In this document: one piece after another, positions 12,830 through 21,685 of the stretch
Layout: every line of letters starts with the position of its first letter
Position numbering within the stretch: the stretch's first letter is position 1
DNA from: Bdellovibrionota bacterium
GTDB lineage: Bacteria; Bdellovibrionota; UBA1018; UBA923
Direction: 5' to 3'
Assembly (NCBI GenBank): GCA_040754655.1
Contig: JBFMCE010000061.1
Coordinates: 1-23,606, forward strand
DNA length: 23,606 nt
Made by a program: the position numbers and the translations under genes
The notes under the pieces: generated by a model
What the model saw: only the letters and a program-made list of their open reading frames with translations
What the model was told of the DNA's origin: nothing
Database searches by the model: none

Positions 12830-12858
12830 TTGCAATCAATCGCGCGTAAACTTATCCT
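12830..12858 (+). promoter_or_regulatory. Candidate sigma70 promoter for the plus-strand pair
   Basis: TTGCAA (12830-12835), 17-nt spacer, TATCCT (12853-12858), followed by AAGGAG and ATG 12887. Confidence 0.45.
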
Positions 12859-12886
12859 AGAATAGAAGGAGTTTTAAGGCATTTCT

Positions 12887-13300
12887 ATGGACAGTCTTAG
12901 AACCGATGCACTCAGGACGGAACAGGCCAAGTTTCAGCTCGAGCAAAAACACGCTCGCGACGTTAAAGAACTTCAAGAGAAACAGAAGACGGAAGTCGAG
13001 CGCCTGGTTGATCACCACACTTCTGTGAAAGGTGAGCTTGAAAAAGCCTACAATCTAGAAGTTTCTATGACCCAAGATGAACACGACCGCAAACTTGAGG
13101 AACTGCGAAAAAGCCAGACTCAACAGCTTGCTGACGAGAAAATCAAGGGAGAACAAGAAGTCGAGCGAACTCGAAGCCGGTATCAGGAGCAGATCGCACG
13201 ATACAAAGAAAACAGCGAAAAACAGCTTGAGGAATTACGCCGCCAGTCAGACGACTCGGTCGGCACTCTCAAGCGAGCACGCGAGCGCGGCAAAGCGTGA
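12887..13300 (+). CDS. Hypothetical all-helical coiled-coil protein
   Basis: 137 aa, E/K/Q/R-rich, no Pro, Trp or Cys. Upstream promoter and RBS-like signals; occupies an otherwise empty gap. Confidence 0.8.
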   Translation: MDSLRTDALRTEQAKFQLEQKHARDVKELQEKQKTEVERLVDHHTSVKGELEKAYNLEVSMTQDEHDRKLEELRKSQTQQLADEKIKGEQEVERTRSRYQEQIARYKENSEKQLEELRRQSDDSVGTLKRARERGKA

Positions 13301-13331
13301 CCCTCAAGGAGCCGCATGGAGGCGCCCTCAA

Positions 13332-13514
13332 ATGAAGAATCGTGACCGTGGTGATGACACTCAAGACGACCGTGAAGAAATGATTCGAGTAGATGGTCGA
13401 GGCCAGGTTCTAGAGATGCTTCGCGCCGCGGATCCGGAATTTCGGGAAGTTTTGCTTCGTGGAATCGAGAAGCGAGACGCAAAGCTCGCCCGCGAACTCA
13501 GGAAAGCCCTGTAG
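13332..13514 (+). CDS. Small (60 aa) hypothetical protein resembling a FliG segment
   Basis: GGAGG at 13318-13322, then ATG 13332. Translation MKNRDRGDDTQDDREEMIRVDGRGQVLEMLRAADPEFREVLLRGIEKRDAKLARELRKAL. Confidence 0.6.
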   Translation: MKNRDRGDDTQDDREEMIRVDGRGQVLEMLRAADPEFREVLLRGIEKRDAKLARELRKAL

Positions 13515-14448
13515 GCGGCTCGAGCAAGACGCCATGCCGTAGTCCTCGAGAACTGATGATGATGTCTGGTTTACCGAAGAACTCCATGGCCGTGTAAAGT
13601 ACAGCAACCCCCGCCACCATGATGTCCGCCCGGCCCGTTCCCATCAACGGATGGGCAGCACGTTGAGCTTGAGTCTGAATCGCCAAAGACTCATAAAGAT
13701 CCCCTACCATGCAACGATCGAGACGATACCCATCGATGCGTTTTGCATCAAATGTTTGAAGACCCAGGGAGATGCCCGCGAGCGTAGTCGGAGTGCCCGC
13801 AATTCCAGTCCACTCTTTTTGGCGCAACTCTAATTGCAAAGAAAGATCAATGCCCTGCCACAACTGTTTGAGATGTCTTTCCATCGCCTCAAGCGAGCTT
13901 TTTTTGTATGGGTTTTCTTTCAAGAACATCTCAGTGGCGCGCACGCTGCCGATATCGACGGATTGACCGTAAACATCTTGGTTTTTTTCTGAGAAAGCCA
14001 CGAACTCAGTGCTGCCTCCTCCGATGTCGAGGATGACAGAGTTTTTGGGCTTTTGAAAAGGCAGCAGCCCCCCTAAAAAACTGAGCCTCGCTTCAAGCGC
14101 TCCTGGGATGATCTGGACTCTTATGCCAGTTTCTGAGTAGACCCTGTCATAGAACTCTTTCGAATTGGATGCGTCACGCGATGCACTTGTCGCTACCGCA
14201 TGCACCTTGGAAACTTTGCGTCTTTCGCAAATTTCCTTGTACTTGTGAAAGCACTTCAAGGATCTCTGCATCGCTTCGGGCGCAAAGCTCCGGTTTTGGT
14301 GCACGCCCTGCCCCAAACGCACGAAGTCGATATGATCCTCAACGACTTCCCCTATCCGACGCAGGCGAGAAGAGTTTGCCTCATAAGAAATGTCGGCCAC
14401 CAGCATCAGCATGGTATTAGTGCCAATGTCGATTGCCGCTTCGTACAA
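13498..14448 (-). CDS. ppx: Ppx/GppA-family phosphatase (short form, no HD domain)
   Basis: AAIDIGTNT, VRLGQGV, VATSASRDASN, EARLSFLG, DIGGGSTE, GRADI, GLRHG. TTG start. Confidence 0.92.
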   Translation of the reverse strand: MYEAAIDIGTNTMLMLVADISYEANSSRLRRIGEVVEDHIDFVRLGQGVHQNRSFAPEAMQRSLKCFHKYKEICERRKVSKVHAVATSASRDASNSKEFYDRVYSETGIRVQIIPGALEARLSFLGGLLPFQKPKNSVILDIGGGSTEFVAFSEKNQDVYGQSVDIGSVRATEMFLKENPYKKSSLEAMERHLKQLWQGIDLSLQLELRQKEWTGIAGTPTTLAGISLGLQTFDAKRIDGYRLDRCMVGDLYESLAIQTQAQRAAHPLMGTGRADIMVAGVAVLYTAMEFFGKPDIIISSRGLRHGVLLEPPTGLS

Positions 14449-14452
14449 AGGT

Positions 14453-14995
14453 CTACTCTTCTTTCTTTTCAGCGTCTTTGACTGTGGCTGTGGCTTTGGC
14501 TTTCTTGATCGGCTTCACGTCGCTCGCTTCATCACCAATGGCGGCGTCGGGATCAACAGTGGTGTTTGGATCTCCGCGACCCGCATGCACATACTTAAGC
14601 CGCAACTTCAACTGGTAGTTCTCTTTTTCGATCTTCTCAAGACGGTCTTTCAGGTAACGAACTTCCTCTTCCATTTCAGCGATTCGTTTTCCACGCTCGT
14701 GAGAAAGGGTGTAATAGCCTTCATCGAAGGTTTCGGTGTCAGGATTATACATTCCAACGCGCTGATCTCCGTCAACGAGCGCTTTGACGCGATACTTTCC
14801 GTCGTCACTCTTAACGGCTTCGATGACCTGAACGTCATAAGCTTTACCAGGATAGGCTTTGTCGGTCCAATACTTGGAAGCGCTGAGTTTTGCGCGATTC
14901 ACATTCTTATCGGTACTGCATCCGAATGCCATCGAGAGGATTCCGATCAGGAATAACGCTCTAAAATAAGCTGGGGCTTTCGCTCTGTTCGTCAT
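14453..14995 (-). CDS. Hypothetical lipoprotein with coiled coil
   Basis: Signal peptide ending in a lipobox-like MAFG-C. Small beta-rich domain, heptad region (RIAEMEEEVRYLKDRLEKIEKENYQLKLRL) and charged tail. Confidence 0.8.
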   Translation of the reverse strand: MTNRAKAPAYFRALFLIGILSMAFGCSTDKNVNRAKLSASKYWTDKAYPGKAYDVQVIEAVKSDDGKYRVKALVDGDQRVGMYNPDTETFDEGYYTLSHERGKRIAEMEEEVRYLKDRLEKIEKENYQLKLRLKYVHAGRGDPNTTVDPDAAIGDEASDVKPIKKAKATATVKDAEKKEE

Positions 14996-15033
14996 ATTTC
15001 GTCCTCGACTCCTAAGTTTAACTTTTCCTTATC

Positions 15034-17469
15034 TTAACGCCCAAAGAAACCTTTCAAAACTCCTTTTACCTGGTCCGCCGGTTTTTGCGCGGGCTGCTGA
15101 CTCCCGTTTCCGCCAGAATCTTTATTTCCCCCGCCGATGATCTTGCCAAGCCCTCCGGGCAACTTATCCCCCAAGGCTTTTTGCAGCGCCTGTTTGCCTT
15201 TCGTCTCAGCCGCACTTTGAGCAAGTTTTGACATCGTAGAACCCCAGTCAAACTTTGGTGAGAAAAGCGTTCCTGTGACTCGAGGAGACAGAGTGAAATG
15301 GCCGTAACGTTTGTCACGGGCGATCTCGCTGCCTCCCGTCATATTGTAAGTATCAATGAGGTCAAGGTTCAATTCCAGGGCGTAGTCTTTCAACTGGACT
15401 GCCCCATTTCCTTTCAAATCCATCCCCTTGTTGGGATGGGCCTTTCCACTGATCTCATTGATATTGAACCGTCCTGAGGCAAGAGCGTACTTCATGCGAA
15501 CATGCTCGTACTCGCCTTTCCAATTCAACAAAGCATCTGAGACCTTCACCTTTGACTTTGCGATATCAGGAAGTTTTGCGATCACCCCATCTCGGATTTG
15601 TCTTCCGATATCAAGGGTCGAGAAAACCGCTTCTTGAATTTCAAGGACCCCGTTGCCCTTCCAAGCGCTCACGATATCGGCCTGGTTCAAACCCGGGCCC
15701 CCAATATTCAGGTTCGCGCTGATCACACCTTTGACGGTGTTGCGCGCAAACGGCATCTGGCTCTCGACCATTTTTTGAGTCTTTAGCCCCGTAACCACGA
15801 GATTCGTTCCAACTTCCGGCTTCACGGGCTTCGCATTGAAACTCATCCCTCCTTTAATGGAGCCCTCGAAAATGCGCATCGAAAAATCCCTTAATGAGAG
15901 CAACAAGTTGTTCAGAGCTAACTGACCCTTAATGCCATCAATCACGACTCCAGTGGACTTCATGCGATTGATCGAGAAATCAAATGTCCCAGCCGCAGCT
16001 GCTGCAATTGCATTTTCGCGCAGAGGCTTAAACATGGCATTGTAGTCGACCACCGGAGCTGCCGCCGCTTGCCCAGATGACCCCTTGGATTCAGCCGCCT
16101 GAGTCTGACTCTTTGCCTGTTCTTTCCTTGCTTCCGCCGCCTTTTCAGAAGCCTTGAGCAAACCATCCAGATCCATCACGTTTGACGCGAGGTTGAACTT
16201 GAACCTTGGCGCCATGAAATTCTGCATTGAACCCGAGAGTTTCACGTCGAAGTCTTTTGCGCTGAGATTCACAAGCAAGTTTTTGATCTCGTTGGTGGCG
16301 ACCGACAACGCGCCATTGACCTCGAGCGACTGTTTCATCGACTCATGATTCAAACTAACCTTGTTGAACTTTATGTCAGACCCGTAGTCAAGCTTGTCCG
16401 TCGGCCCGCTTGCCCTGACCTTAAGTTCTACGATGCCGTTGAGGTCGTATTGCTTCACCAGTGGGGAAAGAGCTCCGAGCTTGGCAACGTCAATTTGATT
16501 GGACTGGGCCTTGAAATCAATCGTTGTCGACTCTGGGCTTGTCTTTCCTGACGTTGAACCATCGATAACGACGTCGGCCAGTCTGAGCTTCAAGGTTGGA
16601 AACGCGAATTGGTCTTTTCCAACCGTGCCGGCGAGATCAGCACCCAAGGCCGTCCCCTTCGCTTTTTGGAAACTACCGGGATAAACGATCTCAGCACCGT
16701 CCAATTTCAGTGAGGCCGTGAGATCAGCCTTTTCAAAACTTGATCCCGAACTGATGGCCTTAGCGCTTCCCTCAAGCACCACTGGTCCTGTCACCTTGGC
16801 GCCATTTTTCATCGCCAGGTCGAGGTTTGCGGTGATCTCAAAAGGTATCGTGCTTGAAGGAGATACATCCTGCAGCTTCACATTAAGGTCATCAACCTTA
16901 TAAGCATCGCCGGTGATTTCATCTTTGTAGGCCAGTTTTGCATGTTGAATCAGGAAGGTTAACTTAGAGTTCAGCACGATCCCAGGGATCTCGGTTGAAC
17001 CGCCATCCTTCGTTGGGGTGGCCGATCCAGAAGTAGTGGGCGCTCCCGAGGGGGAAGAATCAGCCGCAGGAGTTTCTTTCATCAAGGCCATTGCATTGAG
17101 CTTGCCGTTCTTTTGTTTAACCACATTGATCACAGGATTATTCAAAACAACTCTGAGCTCTGGGCGACCGCTGAGAATACTCAGCAGGGGAAGGTTAAGC
17201 CCTGCGTCTTTCACTTCAACCACAGGCCTTCCTTGCGCATCACTCACTTTAAGGCCATCGATGTCGACTTTGACTCGCCCCCACAGGCTCAAACCCAGTT
17301 TGCCAAGCTCTATCTTGCCATTGATCTTCTCATTCGCGGCCTGAACGATTTGGGGCCTATACTTGTCGACGTCCACAACAAGAGGAATCACGATGGCAGC
17401 CACGACTAGCAGGCCTAACAGGCCGCCAAAAACGTAAACGAGTTTCTTGAGAATTGATGATTTTTTCAT
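15034..17469 (-). CDS. AsmA-family (repeating beta-groove) protein
   Basis: N-terminal TM anchor followed by VDVDKYRPQIVQAANEKINGKIELGKLGLS (AsmA N-terminus pattern). Long beta-strand-rich body, LASNVMDLD, VTGTLFSPKF, amphipathic C-terminal helices. Confidence 0.85.
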   Translation of the reverse strand: MKKSSILKKLVYVFGGLLGLLVVAAIVIPLVVDVDKYRPQIVQAANEKINGKIELGKLGLSLWGRVKVDIDGLKVSDAQGRPVVEVKDAGLNLPLLSILSGRPELRVVLNNPVINVVKQKNGKLNAMALMKETPAADSSPSGAPTTSGSATPTKDGGSTEIPGIVLNSKLTFLIQHAKLAYKDEITGDAYKVDDLNVKLQDVSPSSTIPFEITANLDLAMKNGAKVTGPVVLEGSAKAISSGSSFEKADLTASLKLDGAEIVYPGSFQKAKGTALGADLAGTVGKDQFAFPTLKLRLADVVIDGSTSGKTSPESTTIDFKAQSNQIDVAKLGALSPLVKQYDLNGIVELKVRASGPTDKLDYGSDIKFNKVSLNHESMKQSLEVNGALSVATNEIKNLLVNLSAKDFDVKLSGSMQNFMAPRFKFNLASNVMDLDGLLKASEKAAEARKEQAKSQTQAAESKGSSGQAAAAPVVDYNAMFKPLRENAIAAAAAGTFDFSINRMKSTGVVIDGIKGQLALNNLLLSLRDFSMRIFEGSIKGGMSFNAKPVKPEVGTNLVVTGLKTQKMVESQMPFARNTVKGVISANLNIGGPGLNQADIVSAWKGNGVLEIQEAVFSTLDIGRQIRDGVIAKLPDIAKSKVKVSDALLNWKGEYEHVRMKYALASGRFNINEISGKAHPNKGMDLKGNGAVQLKDYALELNLDLIDTYNMTGGSEIARDKRYGHFTLSPRVTGTLFSPKFDWGSTMSKLAQSAAETKGKQALQKALGDKLPGGLGKIIGGGNKDSGGNGSQQPAQKPADQVKGVLKGFFGR

Positions 17470-17990
17470 AGATCGATTCCTTTACCTGAGTTCTTTTTCT
17501 TTGCCTGGCTTTTAGGATCGGGCCACGGGATTGCCGGGGATTCCTTTCGTTCCTTAAATTTGGTCGCATCTCGGTTCTGCTCGGTTTCCGAACCTTCGGG
17601 CTTCAAAACCGTTTCGAAGGCCAGCACTTGATCCGCTTCGCAACTTGAAAACCACGCCGGATGCTTCACATCAAATGATTCCTCAGCAGGCTCGAAACCG
17701 GGAGCTGTCACGAGCACGGCGTCTTCTTCAACATGCGAACTGGGATGCTCGCGAAGGGCGCCGCATTTGACGACTTGTTCTTGTTTCCATCGACCTTGGG
17801 AATCGGTCAGCGTTTCCCAACCGCGAACCTTCACCCAAGCATTGGGCACGGGCAAACCGGTCTCAGTAACGACTTTGCCTTGAAAAGTGAACTTCGCATG
17901 ATGATTGGGAGACAACGCGAGACCGCCGCACGACGAACAAAACGCGATCAGCGCCATTAGAAAATAAGGTTTGTAGCGATAAAAGAACAT
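17466..17990 (-). CDS. Hypothetical lipoprotein with carboxypeptidase-regulatory/transthyretin-like beta-sandwich
   Basis: [21 protein letters not shown] lipobox-like signal; FQGKVVTETGLPVPNAWVKV...TDSQGRW...VTAPGFEP pattern. Start uncertain (17990 or 17957). Confidence 0.72.
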   Translation of the reverse strand: MFFYRYKPYFLMALIAFCSSCGGLALSPNHHAKFTFQGKVVTETGLPVPNAWVKVRGWETLTDSQGRWKQEQVVKCGALREHPSSHVEEDAVLVTAPGFEPAEESFDVKHPAWFSSCEADQVLAFETVLKPEGSETEQNRDATKFKERKESPAIPWPDPKSQAKKKNSGKGIDL

Positions 17991-18457
17991 GATTCTTTTG
18001 TCCAATCTTGCCTTTCCTCGAGCTTCCAACTTTTCGATCGGCCTGATTTTTCACTCACCTGGCAAGCCCAGTCCTCGGCTACGCGCCGAAGATCTCGCTG
18101 GTCTTTTTCGGTGCAATCCTTACGATCTTTGCAGCCCTGCCATTCTTCCACGAGAATGTAAGATTCCGAGCCGCCTGGGCAAACCGCAATGGCAATTTCT
18201 CCCGAACGGTCTTCATAAGGCTCGGCAGCCAAAGGCCCTTTCTTCACGATCTCGGGGCGCTTGAAAATCTCATAAGGTCCCTTGATCTGTGAAGACTTGA
18301 GATATCCTTTATGAATGAGAGCTTGAGCAAGATTCTCACGAGTCACCTGCTTCCCGCAACCACTCAATTTATAGACGGAATGGTATGTGTACTTCGGTGT
18401 GGCGCAGGATGAGAGGAGGACCGACGCCAGTACAACCAAAAGAGAAAGTTTATTCAC
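17957..18457 (-). CDS. Hypothetical Cys-rich lipoprotein
   Basis: GTG start overlapping the gatB stop (GTGA). [18 protein letters not shown] is a classic lipobox; six further cysteines follow. Confidence 0.82.
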   Translation of the reverse strand: MNKLSLLVVLASVLLSSCATPKYTYHSVYKLSGCGKQVTRENLAQALIHKGYLKSSQIKGPYEIFKRPEIVKKGPLAAEPYEDRSGEIAIAVCPGGSESYILVEEWQGCKDRKDCTEKDQRDLRRVAEDWACQVSEKSGRSKSWKLEERQDWTKESCSFIATNLIF

Positions 18458-19923
18458 TTGAGCTTCTTCCTTAAAAGTTCATTCACGACGCCGGGGTTTG
18501 CACGGCCTGCCATTTGTTTCATCACTTGGCCCACAAAAAATCCCATGAGTTTGTCTTTGCCTGACTTGTACTCGGCGACCTGACCTGCATTGGCCGCCAA
18601 GACCTGGTCGATCGCCTGCAGAATCGCCGAAGTGTCAGAAATCTGGGCCAAACCCTTTTCTTTTACGATCGCCTCGGGGGTGGAACCCGTCTTGTACATT
18701 TCTTCAAATACAGTTTTGGCAATCGTATTGCTGATGGCGCCAGATTTGATCATTTTAATGAGCGATCCAAGATTGGCGGGCTTCATATCGAGATCATCCA
18801 CTTCGCGCTCGTCGAGTTTGAGCAGACGCAACATCTCGCCCATCACCCAATTGCTCACGGTCTTGGGTTCGCCACAGGCCGCTACGGCTTCTTCAAAAAA
18901 CTGAGCCAACTTCTTGCTCGCGGTAATGACAGCGGCATCATACGTCGGGATGCCCATTTCTTTCACGAAACGGTCTCGCTTTTGCTCGGGAAGCTCGGGC
19001 AGAGTACGTTTAACCTCCGCGACTCTTGCCTCATCGACGATCAGCGGGATCAGGTCGGGTTCAGGAAAGTAACGATAATCGTGAGCCTCTTCTTTGCTAC
19101 GCATCGAAACGGTCACGTTCTTGGCGCTGTCATAGGTACGCGTTTCTTGAACGACATGCCCACCGCTTTGAATCAGCTGAATTTGACGATTGATCTCGTA
19201 TTCAATCGCCTTTTCGACGAATCGAAACGAATTCACGTTTTTGATTTCGGCGCGCGTACCGAAGGTCTTGCTTCCGACCGGACGAACCGAGACGTTCGCA
19301 TCGCACCTAAAACTGCCTTCTTGCATATTGCCATCGCACACGTCGATATACATCAATACGGCGCGCAATTTTCGCAGGTAAGCGCCAGCTTCTTCAGGCG
19401 ACCTGAGATCTGGTTTGCTGACGATCTCAATCAATGGCGTGCTGGCTCGGTTCAAATTGACAAGGCTATAGCCCGCCATGTGCACTGACTTGCCGGCGTC
19501 TTCTTCCATGTGGATTCGCTCAAGACCTACTCGTTTTGTCGTCGCGAGCTCTGGTTTCTGAGGAGTGCCTCCGACGTCGATATCCAAGTAGCCTTCTCCA
19601 GCCAGGGGCAGATCATATTGACTGATTTGATATCCCTTGGGCAGATCCGGATAAAAGTAGTTCTTTCTCGCAAAGACGCTCTTAAGATTGAGCCTGCAGT
19701 TCAGCGCCAATGCCGCTCGAAGCGCGAACTCGACGGCTTTTTGGTTGAGCACCGGAAGCGTTCCCGGATGGCCCGCGCACACCGGGCAGACATTCGAATT
19801 CGCAGGAGCATTGAACTCCGTCGAACAACGGCAAAAAACCTTTGAACGCGTCATCAGTTGGGCATGAACCTCGAGCCCGATGACAGGCTCGAATCCTGAG
19901 AGGGCTGAACTTTCAGAAGCCAT
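18454..19923 (-). CDS. gatB: Asp/Glu-tRNA amidotransferase subunit B
   Basis: [54 protein letters not shown] and a YqeY-like tail. ATG 19923 has a GAGG SD. Confidence 0.97.
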   Translation of the reverse strand: MASESSALSGFEPVIGLEVHAQLMTRSKVFCRCSTEFNAPANSNVCPVCAGHPGTLPVLNQKAVEFALRAALALNCRLNLKSVFARKNYFYPDLPKGYQISQYDLPLAGEGYLDIDVGGTPQKPELATTKRVGLERIHMEEDAGKSVHMAGYSLVNLNRASTPLIEIVSKPDLRSPEEAGAYLRKLRAVLMYIDVCDGNMQEGSFRCDANVSVRPVGSKTFGTRAEIKNVNSFRFVEKAIEYEINRQIQLIQSGGHVVQETRTYDSAKNVTVSMRSKEEAHDYRYFPEPDLIPLIVDEARVAEVKRTLPELPEQKRDRFVKEMGIPTYDAAVITASKKLAQFFEEAVAACGEPKTVSNWVMGEMLRLLKLDEREVDDLDMKPANLGSLIKMIKSGAISNTIAKTVFEEMYKTGSTPEAIVKEKGLAQISDTSAILQAIDQVLAANAGQVAEYKSGKDKLMGFFVGQVMKQMAGRANPGVVNELLRKKLK

Positions 19924-21346
19924 GATCAACCTCTTCCTTGTAAACATTTTCTTCAACAAACTTCGCCATCGCCAAAAGCTCTGACTCGCCAAAGTGCTTG
20001 CCGATGAATTGAAACCCTATGGGAAGCCCTTTAGAGTCGCGCCCCGCTGGAACGGAAATGCCCGGCAGGCCCGCAAGGTTCACGGGAATCGTGAAAATGT
20101 CATTCAAATACATTTGAAGGGGATCCGCGATCTTATCGCCAAGCTTGAATGCAGTCGAAGGGGAAACTGGAGCCAAGAGAAGGTCAACCTTCGAAAACGC
20201 ATCGTCAAAATCTTGTTTGATCAACCTGCGCACCTGACAAGCCTTCTTATAGTACGCATCATAGTAACCCGCGCTCAACGCAAAGGTGCCCAAGATGATC
20301 CTTCTTTTCACTTCTTCACCAAACAACGCCCTCGTTTGTTTGTACATCTCAGTCAGCGATCGGTCAGAAGCTTGGCGTACGCCAAATCTCACCCCATCGA
20401 ATCTGGCAAGGTTGCTCGATGCTTCGCTCACCGCGACAATGTAGTAGACAGCGACAGAGTATTCCGTGTGAGGCAAAGAGACCTCGACAATGGAATGACC
20501 CGCTTTTTTAAGCGCTCCCATCACTTGATCGATCGACGCCGCGACTTCTTTTTGAAGCCCGCCTACGAAATACTCTTTAGGAACTCCGATGGTGAATTTC
20601 TTTTTCGCCGACGCTTCCATAGCGCCTTCCCAATCTTGCGAGGGGCGCGGGATAGAGGTCGAGTCGTTTTCGTCGTGACCAGCGATGGCCGAGAGCAGAG
20701 CCGCGCAATCGCCCGCATCAACTCCCATGGGGCCGATCTGATCCAATGAACTTGCAAAAGCCACCAAACCATAACGGCTTACACAACCATAAGTGGGCTT
20801 CAAACCCACGACGCCCGTATACGCCGCCGGCAGGCGGATCGATCCCCCGGTGTCAGTGCCCAAGGTCGCTACCGCGAGCCCAGCTTTTACGGCTGCCGCT
20901 GAGCCCCCGCTAGAGCCTCCAGGCACATATTCAAGGTGAACCGGATTTTTCACCGGGCCATAGGCAGAGTTCTCATTCGACCCTCCCATGGCAAATTCGT
21001 CCATATTCAACTTGCCCAATATGACCGCGCCACGCTCTTTGAGTCGCGCCACGGCGGTTGCATCATAAGGAGGCTCGTAGTCGCCTAAAATCTTAGAAGC
21101 GCAGGTCGTCTTGATTCCTCGCGTGCAGAGGATGTCTTTGATCCCAAGCGGGATACCCGTGAGAACGCCCCCTTTTCCTTGGGATAAAACTTGATCCGCA
21201 CTTCGTGCGGCTTCAAGCGCTTCCTGCTCACAAACAGTAATATAGCTATTCGTGCGATCGCCTTTGACGCGCTTGAGATAGTGCTGTGTGAGTTCGACGG
21301 AGGAAATCTTCTTTGAACGAAGCTTTTCATGGATCTGCCGGATCAT
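19913..21346 (-). CDS. gatA: Asp/Glu-tRNA amidotransferase subunit A
   Basis: Amidase signature [56 protein letters not shown] 21346. Confidence 0.97.
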   Translation of the reverse strand: MIRQIHEKLRSKKISSVELTQHYLKRVKGDRTNSYITVCEQEALEAARSADQVLSQGKGGVLTGIPLGIKDILCTRGIKTTCASKILGDYEPPYDATAVARLKERGAVILGKLNMDEFAMGGSNENSAYGPVKNPVHLEYVPGGSSGGSAAAVKAGLAVATLGTDTGGSIRLPAAYTGVVGLKPTYGCVSRYGLVAFASSLDQIGPMGVDAGDCAALLSAIAGHDENDSTSIPRPSQDWEGAMEASAKKKFTIGVPKEYFVGGLQKEVAASIDQVMGALKKAGHSIVEVSLPHTEYSVAVYYIVAVSEASSNLARFDGVRFGVRQASDRSLTEMYKQTRALFGEEVKRRIILGTFALSAGYYDAYYKKACQVRRLIKQDFDDAFSKVDLLLAPVSPSTAFKLGDKIADPLQMYLNDIFTIPVNLAGLPGISVPAGRDSKGLPIGFQFIGKHFGESELLAMAKFVEENVYKEEVDHGF

Positions 21347-21350
21347 GCGA

Positions 21351-21653
21351 TTAACTCCCACTTCCTAGCACTTGAGGAACTTTGTAATTCTCGTACAAAC
21401 TCTCTGGCGCGCTTTCGGTTATTGCTTGAGCACCGGTAGAGGGTTGCACAACATCAGGACGGGTCGGAGTAGCAAGGTCAAGCGCATGGGTCATGGGCTC
21501 AACCTTTGAGGTGTCGAGCTGATTCAACTTTTCGATATACCCGAGTATATTGCCAAGCTGAGCGGTAAACTGCCCGAGCTCTGCCTCTGTCAGCTGAAGG
21601 CGAGCCAAGTCAGCCACCTTCCTCACGGTTTCTTCTTGGAATTTGGCGGTCAC
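21351..21653 (-). CDS. gatC: Asp/Glu-tRNA amidotransferase subunit C
   Basis: VRKVADLARL...ILGYIEKLNQLDTSKVEP...YKVPQVL. GTG start with AAGGAG SD; directly upstream of gatA. Confidence 0.95.
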   Translation of the reverse strand: MTAKFQEETVRKVADLARLQLTEAELGQFTAQLGNILGYIEKLNQLDTSKVEPMTHALDLATPTRPDVVQPSTGAQAITESAPESLYENYKVPQVLGSGS

Positions 21654-21685
21654 TGCACCACGCTCCTTGTTTATTGTGGATCGCT

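Noticed and set aside
12825..12839. Possible FNR/CRP box
   Set aside because: Spacing does not fit TTGAT-N4-ATCAA. Kept only as an unassigned palindrome.
13077..13331. N-terminal extension of the 145-aa ORF (possible frameshift fusion with the coiled-coil gene)
   Set aside because: It overlaps the coiled-coil gene out of frame, has no evident slippery site, and a good SD supports an independent start at 13332.
19994..20749. 251-aa plus-strand ORF and other long antisense ORFs opposite gatA/gatB, asmA and the lipoprotein genes
   Set aside because: Antisense shadows of well-supported genes with no recognisable motifs.
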